Shown here: piece by piece, positions 14,286 to 22,359 of the stretch
Position numbering within the stretch: the first letter of the stretch is position 1
How the letters are laid out: the number at the start of each line of letters is the position of its first letter
Assembly: GCA_964351645.1 (NCBI GenBank)
Contig: CAYGOP010000010.1
Coordinates: 1,775 to 25,774, forward strand
DNA length: 24,000 bases
Reading direction: 5' to 3'
Source: an uncultured Candidatus Saccharibacteria bacterium
GTDB taxonomy: Bacteria > Patescibacteriota > Minisyncoccia > Phycocordibacterales > UBA918
Notes under the pieces: model-generated
The model's database searches: none
What the model saw: only the letters and a program-made list of their open reading frames with translations
What the model was told of the DNA's origin: nothing
Program-made: the position numbers and the translations under genes

Positions 14286-15206
14286 ATGAAATGTATTCAA
14301 GGACTCATCGGAGTGTGTCTGCTGATGGTTTTTCTTGGTGTTCCAGACACCGCGCAGGCGCAAGTACAGACAAGTCAGGCCGAATATGAAAGACAGGTGT
14401 CTGACCTGATTGAATCTTTGCTGGCTCAAATCCTGGTACTACAAGCTCAACTTGACGCTCAGCTGGCAGCCGAAGCGGTGGCGAATCAACCAGCTGTCAA
14501 ACGGCCGCGTGAAATCTTTAACGGCTCGCCGGTATTGAAACGATACTTTATTTCTGGTGAAAAAGATGTCAAAGAAATTACCAACCTCAGTCACCGCCTC
14601 TACCTACAAAAAATATATGATATTTTTCCCGATACCTATGACAAAAAGCTCAGTGAGTTTGTTGTCTTTAGAGATAAACGAGGCGACTTTGATGCGTTTG
14701 TGGAGACAGTTCCTCCGAGCCATACAACGTGGACGTTTGCGGTAAATTCTGATGTGCTGTCGCAGGTGAATAAAGATTCAAATAGAGAACTTATTACCCA
14801 CGAGCTGGCACATATTATTTCGTATGAAGAAATTCCAAACACTGCTCTGGCTGGAAGAGCTTCTTGTCATGAGTACTTTAGTAGAAACGGGTGTCCAAAA
14901 AGTAACTCATATATTGCTTCTTTTGTGGAAACATTTTGGGGAGACGAAGCGCTGGACAGAGCGATTGAATTTAAAACGTACAAAAATCCTATCGATGAAG
15001 CATACGACTACTATGAAGACTTTGAAGATGAGTATGTCAGTGGGTATGCAGCACTTAGTCCCGAAGAGGATTTTGCTGAGAGTTTTGCTGAGTATGTAGT
15101 TGATAGGGGAGTAGAAAAGAACGAGATTGAATCGCAGAAAGTATGGTGGTTCGAGCAGTTTGCCGACTTGCAGGACATGCGACGTACTATTCGGTCTTCT
15201 TTTTAG
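14286..15206 (+). CDS. Exported protein with HExxH motif (putative zinc metallopeptidase)
   Basis: Signal peptide LLMVFLGVPDTAQA. THELAHII motif plus a downstream EDFAESFAEYV. The start lies 3 nt after the HK stop. Confidence 0.6.
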   Translation: MKCIQGLIGVCLLMVFLGVPDTAQAQVQTSQAEYERQVSDLIESLLAQILVLQAQLDAQLAAEAVANQPAVKRPREIFNGSPVLKRYFISGEKDVKEITNLSHRLYLQKIYDIFPDTYDKKLSEFVVFRDKRGDFDAFVETVPPSHTTWTFAVNSDVLSQVNKDSNRELITHELAHIISYEEIPNTALAGRASCHEYFSRNGCPKSNSYIASFVETFWGDEALDRAIEFKTYKNPIDEAYDYYEDFEDEYVSGYAALSPEEDFAESFAEYVVDRGVEKNEIESQKVWWFEQFADLQDMRRTIRSSF

Positions 15207-15960
15207 GTGACTGTGCCGCTGGTTCTAGTTTTCGAAACAACATCTTAAAAATGTCTTTTTGGAACTGTGCCAAAGTAGGATTTTCAATAATCGTCGCAAT
15301 GGGCTCGGTGTAATCAATAAAGGCTATTTTATTACCGTAAATAATTTGCGATACGTTGTATTCAAATGGCCAGAAGTTTTCTGGTACTACTCGGAGTGAT
15401 TCTTCTAGGCTAGGTTCCCTTGATGCGATATAGTCGGGATTTGATATAACGAGACGTTCTAGTTGCTTTTCGTCTCGCATCTGCTCGTACGATTCAGGTA
15501 GGCCAATTTTTTGCAGGTCTTCGTGACTGGCGGCATTGTAGCGGTAAAATTCCTCTCCCTTTTTTAGAGTATGAACAATGTCTTCATAGACGGCATAAAT
15601 ACCTTCTTTTCCGTCTAGTCTACGCACGATAGGGGTGTTGGCATTGCGAATAGCATGCAACTGAGGAATTACTGTATCCAGTTCTGCCTGGATATTTTTT
15701 AAGAGTGAGCTCAGACGGTTTGGCGATTCAGCGTTGTATCTAGTTTGTTTTCCAATCAGTCGACTATTTACAAGTCCTTTGCTCTGCAAAAGGGGAATGA
15801 CTGAATAAATGGCTGGACGATGTAATTCGCTAATGCGAGAGATGGCTGCAACAGTCAGGTTGCCGTGTTCTAGGAGTGTAATATAGACCTTTGCTTCGTA
15901 CGAAGACAGTCCGGCAGCAGTGAGAAGCTTCTTTAATTTTTTCGGATGGTTTAATTTCAT
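15187..15960 (-). CDS. TrmB-family transcriptional regulator
   Basis: N-terminal wHTH LGLSSYEAKVYITLLEHGNLTVAAISRISELHRPAIYSVIPLLQSKGLV, typical of TrmB. Confidence 0.75.
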   Translation of the reverse strand: MKLNHPKKLKKLLTAAGLSSYEAKVYITLLEHGNLTVAAISRISELHRPAIYSVIPLLQSKGLVNSRLIGKQTRYNAESPNRLSSLLKNIQAELDTVIPQLHAIRNANTPIVRRLDGKEGIYAVYEDIVHTLKKGEEFYRYNAASHEDLQKIGLPESYEQMRDEKQLERLVISNPDYIASREPSLEESLRVVPENFWPFEYNVSQIIYGNKIAFIDYTEPIATIIENPTLAQFQKDIFKMLFRKLEPAAQSPKKKTE

Positions 15961-16097
15961 AGTAGTGTATATATAATTTACACATATTTATATCACAGAA
16001 AACTATATTTTTCCATCTAATATTACCAATATATACTTATCTACTTCACTTTGAATACTTTTTTTTACACAAAAATTAATTTCTCATCTATAGTGTA

Positions 16098-16265
16098 AGT
16101 AATGAAGAAATAACTTCATTACACCAGTTCTTTTCAACCAGCTAAATCTGACAACTTAGAAGGAAGGTTCCTTGCAAGGCTTTTCTTGTGAGCACTTTTG
16201 TCAGATTTAGTGTTCACAGAACAGCTTTGCAAAGAGCGTTTCTTCTTAAGAGACGCTCTTTTGCG
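16098..16265 (+). promoter_or_regulatory. Structured leader or operator region upstream of the lipoprotein-M50 operon
   Basis: Hairpin gtaatgaag/cttcattac near 16100-16123. A 13-bp inverted repeat pairs ctaaatctgacaa (16142-16154) with ttgtcagatttag (16198-16210). Two 10-bp palindromes, ccttgcaagg (16170-16179) and ctttgcaaag (16226-16235). A terminator-like hairpin pairs aagagcgt with acgctctt (16232-16260) and is followed by tttgcgtt. Confidence 0.35.
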
Positions 16266-16329
16266 TTATCGGAGTGATGGTACTTCGGTGATATGGCGCA
16301 ATGTTCTTTGACAGCCAAAGGAGGCTTCA

Positions 16330-16602
16330 ATGTTTAAGAACTCCCTTCGTCCACTTGTGCTACTCGTGTTGGTGGGTTTGGTGTCGGCGTGTGCTGGTCC
16401 AAACACGCTAACTGATATCCCTGCACCCGACACTTCAATTGCCGGTTTCTGGTGGGGTCTGGTCCATGGTGTCATTTTGCCGTTTAGTTTTATCGGTTCG
16501 TTGTTTAGTGAAAACATCTCTATCTACGAGGTGCACAACACTGGCGGCTGGTATGACTTTGGGTTTGTGCTTGGGGTTATAGGTCTCACTTCAACTACCT
16601 AA
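16330..16602 (+). CDS. Small lipoprotein or membrane protein
   Basis: Lipobox LVSAC after a hydrophobic signal. Strong SD AAAGGAGG. Two further hydrophobic segments. Confidence 0.65.
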   Translation: MFKNSLRPLVLLVLVGLVSACAGPNTLTDIPAPDTSIAGFWWGLVHGVILPFSFIGSLFSENISIYEVHNTGGWYDFGFVLGVIGLTSTT

Positions 16603-16656
16603 AGAAAGGGCTGGCGAATGTTCTCGCCAGTCTCCCTGCAACATAAGGAGGCTCTC

Positions 16657-17595
16657 ATGAGCAGTTCTAAACTCGGTAGGTTCATCCTGCCAGCCTTGCT
16701 GGTTTCGACGAAGCTGACAAAGCTCGCAAAAGCAGCTAAGTTTCTGAAAGTCGCCAAGCCAATGATAACGCTGGTGACGATGTCGATTTCGGCTATCGCC
16801 TACGCGTTTTGGCTTGGTCCGTGGTTTGCGATTGGTCTGGTCGGCATGCTGTTTGTGCATGAAATGGGCCACGTGTTTGCGATGCAAAAACGTGGCTTCC
16901 AAGCATCAGCGCCGGTCTTCATTCCATTTTTGGGTGCGGTTATCTTTGCTCCCAAAATGGACAGTCGTGATGACGAAGCGTTCATCGGTATCGGTGGACC
17001 AGTGCTTGGCAGTCTGGCTGCGCTCGCAGTCTTGGGTGTTTGGTTTCTGGTCGGGGATAAAGAAAGTGACTTGGCGGTAATTCTCCTGATGGTGAGTTAC
17101 GTTGGTATCTTTCTGAATCTTTTTAACTTGGTACCAATTCGTCCGCTTGATGGCGGTCGGATTACTCAAGCGGTGGGGCCTTGGTTCAAGTATGTGGGAG
17201 TCGCTGCCCTCGCAGTAGTGTCGTTTCTGTTTCAAGAGCCGGTCATTCTCTTCATTTGGATTCTGGTGTTGCCGGAGATTACCGCGTTGCCACTGAAGTT
17301 GCGGGCGATGCTTGGAGTTGGACTCTGGGTGTCGATGGTGACTTTGATGGGTCTTGGATATAGCCATCAACCGTTCTGGATTGATGTGTTTGATTCAGTC
17401 ATGGCAGCCTTGTTGGTTGCCATGAATGCGGTGCTGGCGTGGAAAGAAATCGATCCAGCGATTGAGGACGATGAGCGTCCTGCGCTCTCCAAGCGTGAGC
17501 GCCTGAACTGGTTGGGATGGTACGTGCTTTTGACGGTATTTCTGGTCACAGTAATGGCGTATCAAATACAGCATATCCCAGTACCAGCAGGCTGA
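16657..17595 (+). CDS. M50-family (site-2 protease-like) membrane metalloprotease
   Basis: HEMGHVFAM (HExxH) within a TM segment. NLFNLVPIRPLDGGR motif. Start moved from 16618 to ATG 16657, which follows AAGGAGG. Confidence 0.85.
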   Translation: MSSSKLGRFILPALLVSTKLTKLAKAAKFLKVAKPMITLVTMSISAIAYAFWLGPWFAIGLVGMLFVHEMGHVFAMQKRGFQASAPVFIPFLGAVIFAPKMDSRDDEAFIGIGGPVLGSLAALAVLGVWFLVGDKESDLAVILLMVSYVGIFLNLFNLVPIRPLDGGRITQAVGPWFKYVGVAALAVVSFLFQEPVILFIWILVLPEITALPLKLRAMLGVGLWVSMVTLMGLGYSHQPFWIDVFDSVMAALLVAMNAVLAWKEIDPAIEDDERPALSKRERLNWLGWYVLLTVFLVTVMAYQIQHIPVPAG

Positions 17596-17631
17596 AGCTC
17601 CTAATCTGGCGTGTAGTCTGAAAAGACTCTT

Positions 17632-17665
17632 AATCCCGGCGAAAGGTATTTCGCCGGGATTTTCT
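17632..17665. terminator. Bidirectional terminator between convergent genes
   Basis: A 13-bp stem pairs aatcccggcgaaa with tttcgccgggatt, followed by ttct. Confidence 0.65.
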
Positions 17666-17683
17666 ATATAGGGTGATATTCGC

Positions 17684-18763
17684 TTATTTTGTTTTATGCT
17701 CCATGATGAGCAGGTAGCTGGTTTTAATATTTTCTTCCAAGGCAGTAGATTGGTTTGCTGCTGTGAAGACTGATTCGTAGATGGTATTGATGCTTTCCGG
17801 TTCAGCGGCTAACAAAATAATATTTGCCCCAGCTTCGAGCGCAAGTTTGCTCGCTTCAGCACTGGCCCAGTTTTCATCAATCGCATCCATACTCATGTCG
17901 TCGGTGATAATGATGCCAGTGAATTCTAACTGACTTCGTAAGTAGGTGTGTAGGAAATAAGGGGAGAGCGTGGCAGGCAGAATATCAATATTTGGAAACT
18001 GGACATGGGCCGTCATGATAAAGTCTGGCTGACTGATGGAAATAATATCTGAAAATGGTTTAGCAAAAGTTGCTAGTTCAGATTCTGAAATGTTCACCAC
18101 CGGGAGTGCGAAATGAGAGTCCGTGCTGGTGTCGTCGTGACCAGGGAAGTGCTTCACTGAGCCGGCTACTCCATGTGAAGCAAGACCGCGCATCATAGCA
18201 TCGGCGAGCTCAACTGGGTTTGTGTATTCTGGAAATGTTCGACTATGCATAAATGAGTCAGACTGGTGAGCTGTATCAAGGACTGGAGCAAAATTAAGAT
18301 TGATACCAAGGTTGCTCAACTCTTCACCACGAGTTGTACCTACCTCAAACGCTTGTTCAGGGGAGGTGATGTCTCGCTGGCCAGTTTGGATAAAAGCATC
18401 ACCTTTCAAGCGAGTGACTGGCCCGCCTTCTTGGTCGATGGCAATCAGTAGGGGAATGTCGCTCACACTGTTCCATTCATTCACCCAGTTTTTTATTTCG
18501 TCTGGATTTTCTGGAGCGCTCATGATAATGACGCCACCGAGCTGATATTTCTCAATGAGGGCAGTAGTACTTGCCACCGGTGTATGAGCCCAGTGGCCAA
18601 TCATAAACACTTGGCCCAACTGAGTCTCGAGAGCAATTTCAGGAGCCATGGCTTCTGTGGCAGAGGGGGTGACGTTAGGGTTTTGTCCAGGTTCATAAGA
18701 GAAGGCAAGCCATACCAATCCAGGTATACAAATGAAAGCGATTGCGATGAGAATTTTTTTCAC
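17684..18763 (-). CDS. nagZ: Glycoside hydrolase family 3 N-terminal-domain protein (NagZ-like beta-N-acetylhexosaminidase), exported or anchored
   Basis: KHFPGHDDTSTDSH motif, N-terminal TM KKILIAIAFICIPGLVWLAF. The track start at 18787 is TTG and contains the promoter -10. I prefer GTG 18763, which lies 6 nt after TATACT. Confidence 0.8.
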   Translation of the reverse strand: MKKILIAIAFICIPGLVWLAFSYEPGQNPNVTPSATEAMAPEIALETQLGQVFMIGHWAHTPVASTTALIEKYQLGGVIIMSAPENPDEIKNWVNEWNSVSDIPLLIAIDQEGGPVTRLKGDAFIQTGQRDITSPEQAFEVGTTRGEELSNLGINLNFAPVLDTAHQSDSFMHSRTFPEYTNPVELADAMMRGLASHGVAGSVKHFPGHDDTSTDSHFALPVVNISESELATFAKPFSDIISISQPDFIMTAHVQFPNIDILPATLSPYFLHTYLRSQLEFTGIIITDDMSMDAIDENWASAEASKLALEAGANIILLAAEPESINTIYESVFTAANQSTALEENIKTSYLLIMEHKTK

Positions 18764-18821
18764 GACTTGAGTATAGCAAATTCGCAACGGCCATGAGCTT
18801 CTTTTGCTATACTGTTGCGAT

Positions 18822-19451
18822 ATGAAACAAAATACGATTTTGATTGCGATTATTGCTGCTCTGGTTGGGGGTATTGCGGTGTATGTCTTTGTAGATGGCA
18901 GTAGTGAGTACGAGATGGACCATAAGATGCATGACCAAATGGGCGAACGTGAGTATGATGATATGCCGATGGGAAATGCTGATGGAATGGGAGGGATGGA
19001 TCATTCAATGATGATGGTCTCGAGTGAACGAGAGTTTTTGACCGGTATGATTCCGCATCATCAGGAGGCAGTTGATACTGCGAAGGAAGTGGTAGAGCGG
19101 GGAGGGAGTACTCCAGAAATCAAAGCTCTGGCAGAAAACATAATCATTGCTCAAGAGCTAGAAATAGCATCCATGAAACAGTGGTATCAAGATTGGTATG
19201 GAGTTGCGTACGAAGAAAAGCCTGAGGATTATCAGCCAATGATGCGTGAGTTGGCGGACCTATCTGGAGCGGAGCTTGATAAGCGTTTCCTAGAGGATAT
19301 GGTGATGCACCATATGGGAGCAATTATGATGGCTCGAAGCGTACAACCATATATTGAACATCAAGAAATTACCAACTTAGCGTCAGCTATTCAGACTACT
19401 CAAACTGCAGAAATCGCACTGATGAGAGAGATGCTGGAAGAGTTGGAATAA
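18822..19451 (+). CDS. DUF305-family protein with a Met/His-rich N-terminal region (possible copper handling)
   Basis: Paired motifs MIPHHQEAVDTAK and DMVMHHMGAIMMAR. N-terminal TM followed by MDHKMHDQMGEREYDDMPMGNADGMGGMDHSMMM. The track start at 18804 is TTG; the first ATG is 18822. Confidence 0.75.
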   Translation: MKQNTILIAIIAALVGGIAVYVFVDGSSEYEMDHKMHDQMGEREYDDMPMGNADGMGGMDHSMMMVSSEREFLTGMIPHHQEAVDTAKEVVERGGSTPEIKALAENIIIAQELEIASMKQWYQDWYGVAYEEKPEDYQPMMRELADLSGAELDKRFLEDMVMHHMGAIMMARSVQPYIEHQEITNLASAIQTTQTAEIALMREMLEELE

Positions 19452-19462
19452 TGTCCACGTAT

Positions 19463-19492
19463 AAAAACACCTCCGATATCGGAGGTGTTTTT
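19463..19492. terminator. Bidirectional terminator
   Basis: Perfect palindrome acacctccgat/atcggaggtgt flanked by an A-run and a T-run, between convergent genes. Confidence 0.75.
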
Positions 19493-20939
19493 ATTGTTGG
19501 AGATAGGTTCGTGCAACAGTCTGATATTGAGTGCGTTTCTCTGTATCCATTTTTTCTAGCAAGCGGGGCATCATCGCCAGGCGGTGGTTGCCGAGGAAAA
19601 ATGTCTGATGGGTTTCGATAAAATTCCAGTACAAGGCGGTCCAGACTTCTCCCCAATCACCTTTTGGGTAATCGGACATTTTTTTCAGGTAGTTACTGCC
19701 AGAAATATAAGGCTTGGTAGCGAAACTTCCACCATCAGCAAACTGGCTCATTCCATACACGTTGGGGACCATTACCCAGTCGTAGGCATCTACATACATC
19801 GCCATAAACCAACGGTACACAGCATCTGGGTTTGTTTGGCGAAGGAGCATGAAATTACCAAGTACCATCAAACGTTCAATGTGGTGGTTGTAACCAGAGG
19901 AGAGTGCTTTCTTGATTGCATCGTCGATTGGTTCCATTCCGGTAGTGGCGTCCCAGAAAGAAGCGGGGAGTCCTGTGCTGTGTCGCCAAAAGTTTTTTCT
20001 GCGCATGGCTGACCCCTCGCTTTCATAGCTGGCGCGAATAAATTCTCGCCAGCCTAAAATCTGCCGTATAAATCCTTCCAGTGAATTGAGTGGAATATTG
20101 TGCTCTGTACCGTACACGATAGCTCGGTCAAGGACGTGCTGTGGTGTCAGTAATCCAATATTCAAAAGGGGGGAAAGAGTCGAGTGCCACAGCCTGGTGC
20201 CTTTGGTGGTCATAGCGTCTTCGTAGGTGCCAAACTCAGAAAATCGTTCAGTGAGAAAGGTTTCTAAGTATTCTTCGGCGCCTACGTGTGTATAGGGAAG
20301 CCAGCAGGCAGCTTGTCCATATTTTTCCGCCTCTACTGTTTCTGCCCAGTCTGCTGCGGCGAGCGTAGATTCGTCACTGTATTGGCTGATGTCTTCAGGT
20401 AAGGTGGTTCCTTTGGGTATTTTCTTGCGGTTATCTTCATCAAAACTCCACTTGCCACCAACTGGAGAACCGTCTGGTTCTAAGAGAATACCTTTGTCTT
20501 GCCGAAGTGCTTTGTAAAAAGTAGCCATTCGTCGCTTTGAGTTTACAAATCTTTCCACTGCCTCTGCTTTCGGGAGCATAAAAAGGGGAGAGTCGTACCA
20601 GACCCGCTCAAGACCACTGCTTGTAATCTCCATCTCAAGATAATTATCGGTGGTATCGACCACATGAATCTTTTGTACTCCAGCAGACTGTAAAAAAGCA
20701 AAAATTGAAGCGGTGGTAGCGTGTTCTTGTATTTTGACCCTATGTACTGAATATCCGGCTGTTTCTAAATACGTTTGATATGCATCCATCGACAATTTAT
20801 GGAGCATGAGCTTTTGTCGATGAATTGGGTTGTGGGTGAGGAAAAGCGGCTCTTCGATTACATAAATAATCCGGCCAGCGGCAATAGCTGGCGATTCCTT
20901 GAATAATTGGTGCGGATAGACAAGAGTAGCTTCTGACAT
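19491..20939 (-). CDS. Cryptochrome/photolyase-related protein (COG3046 / FeS-BCP-like family)
   Basis: RRMATFYKALR, GGKWSFDEDNRK, HSTLSPLLNIGLL, YNHHIERLMVLGNF and GMSQFADGG..ATKPYISGSNY motifs as I recall them for this family. Confidence 0.8.
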   Translation of the reverse strand: MSEATLVYPHQLFKESPAIAAGRIIYVIEEPLFLTHNPIHRQKLMLHKLSMDAYQTYLETAGYSVHRVKIQEHATTASIFAFLQSAGVQKIHVVDTTDNYLEMEITSSGLERVWYDSPLFMLPKAEAVERFVNSKRRMATFYKALRQDKGILLEPDGSPVGGKWSFDEDNRKKIPKGTTLPEDISQYSDESTLAAADWAETVEAEKYGQAACWLPYTHVGAEEYLETFLTERFSEFGTYEDAMTTKGTRLWHSTLSPLLNIGLLTPQHVLDRAIVYGTEHNIPLNSLEGFIRQILGWREFIRASYESEGSAMRRKNFWRHSTGLPASFWDATTGMEPIDDAIKKALSSGYNHHIERLMVLGNFMLLRQTNPDAVYRWFMAMYVDAYDWVMVPNVYGMSQFADGGSFATKPYISGSNYLKKMSDYPKGDWGEVWTALYWNFIETHQTFFLGNHRLAMMPRLLEKMDTEKRTQYQTVARTYLQQ

Positions 20940-20960
20940 AGGTCTTAGTATACTTGAAGT

Positions 20961-21098
20961 ATGAAAAAACCAGAGACAAAAATATGTCCGGTGTGCAAAC
21001 GCCCGTTTAGTAACCGCAAGACATGGAAACTAAGAGGGCAGTGGGACAGTGTTATATATTGTTCCGACCGTTGTCGGAAAAACCAGAAGACACAGTAA
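20961..21098 (+). CDS. DUF2256-like small zinc-ribbon protein (45 aa), absent from the ORF track
   Basis: [45 protein letters not shown]. The CxxC...W..W..V.YCS.RCR pattern matches my memory of DUF2256. It is divergent from the photolyase-related gene. Confidence 0.7.
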   Translation: MKKPETKICPVCKRPFSNRKTWKLRGQWDSVIYCSDRCRKNQKTQ

Positions 21099-21166
21099 AA
21101 CATCCACTTCTTGTCAGGGTCTGAAATTGGGGTATATTGCACTCATCATCAAAGGAGGAACAAAGA

Positions 21167-21721
21167 ATGATGAATGGTGTTCTTTACGAAGGTTCAGAGG
21201 AGGGACTGGTAGATTGCGAAGAATTATTTTCGCAACGTGGAATGTCTCTCACTCAGGCGTATGAAATTATTGCCGGAGCAAAAGCAGCCGCGCAGAAATC
21301 ATATGCCCCGTACTCCCACTTCAATGTTGGAGTGGCTGGGGTTTTTGAAGCTCCCGAGAAAAGCATGCTGATTATCGATGGGGCCAATCAAGAAAACGCC
21401 GCGTACTCGCCAGTGCAGTGTGGCGAGACGGTTGCTATCGCTCAAGCTCGAGTGCGCGGGTATCACACGATTCGTGCATTAGCTGTGTACGGAATGCCAG
21501 ATTTTTCGGTTGACGGAAATATCCGTAATGTGGCACGGACACAGTGGGTGGCGCCCTGTGGTCGATGTCGACAAGTGATAAACGAAACAGCTGCCGACAA
21601 CTGTATTATTGTCTTTGTTCGCGGTGATGGTCAGATTATGATTGTCACATTCGCTGCCTTGTTTCCGTTTGCGTTTGGACCGCGCAACCTCGGTATTGAT
21701 CCGACGGCGTATCATGTATAA
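21167..21721 (+). CDS. cdd: Cytidine deaminase-like protein
   Basis: APYSHFNVGVA, CGETVAI (the CAE-type Zn and Glu motif with Gly in place of Ala) and PCGRCRQVINE. AGGAGG SD 8 nt before ATG 21167. Confidence 0.75.
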   Translation: MMNGVLYEGSEEGLVDCEELFSQRGMSLTQAYEIIAGAKAAAQKSYAPYSHFNVGVAGVFEAPEKSMLIIDGANQENAAYSPVQCGETVAIAQARVRGYHTIRALAVYGMPDFSVDGNIRNVARTQWVAPCGRCRQVINETAADNCIIVFVRGDGQIMIVTFAALFPFAFGPRNLGIDPTAYHV

Positions 21722-21741
21722 ATAGACTGATTTCCACTTTG

Positions 21742-21773
21742 GTGCCACGTATATACGTGGCACTCTTTTTATT
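21742..21773 (+). terminator. Rho-independent terminator after cdd
   Basis: Palindrome gtgccacgtat/atacgtggcac followed by tctttttatt. Confidence 0.75.
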
Positions 21774-21938
21774 GCAGAGGTAATTATTTCTTGCTGTAGC
21801 CGCCCACGAAAAAATTCCCGAAGGGCCTTTTGTTCGTGGGCGACGGTGTAGTGGTAGAGGATGTTGTAATTGTGTTTGAGGAGAAGGGAGATGTGACTAT
21901 GTATATTCCTGATTTACAAATGCGGTAAGTATGTATAC

Positions 21939-22334
21939 ATGTGTGCAGTTTGCGGCTTACCTACCACTCATGTTAATACGTTCTCAACGGTTAGTATGGT
22001 GTCACTTTTCTTGATGGTGTTCTGGACGTTTGTTTGGGCGTGGTGGATAGTGACTAAGGTCAAAGTAGGAAATTATTTTATCAATTCTTTACAGTCAGTT
22101 GTATCTGCAAAGCGGGTAGGATACATGCGTACGGTGAGACAGCTACTTGCGAGAAACAAAAAGTTTCAAATTGGGACATTTTTATTCCTGATGAGAGTAG
22201 CATTGCTGGTGTGGGCATACTTTGATAGTCAAAAAGTAGTTAACTTAGTGGAGCCGACTTATACCGATCAATATATTGCAGTTCCAATTATTGATACTGA
22301 TGGTAAGGAGATATTGCAACTTAAGAAATTATAA
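21939..22334 (+). CDS. Hypothetical membrane protein (2 TM)
   Basis: 131-aa ORF with hydrophobic segments VSLFLMVFWTFVWAWWIV and IGTFLFLMRVALLVWAY. Start uncertain. Confidence 0.45.
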   Translation: MCAVCGLPTTHVNTFSTVSMVSLFLMVFWTFVWAWWIVTKVKVGNYFINSLQSVVSAKRVGYMRTVRQLLARNKKFQIGTFLFLMRVALLVWAYFDSQKVVNLVEPTYTDQYIAVPIIDTDGKEILQLKKL

Positions 22335-22359
22335 GGTATATTTGCAAATCATTTGCAAT

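Noticed and set aside
16266-16329. Fluoride-riboswitch-like string GGAGTGATGGTACTTC just upstream of the lipoprotein gene.
   Set aside because: Only the first helix and the GATGG resemble the crcB motif. The downstream conserved elements are absent, and the regulated gene is not a fluoride transporter.
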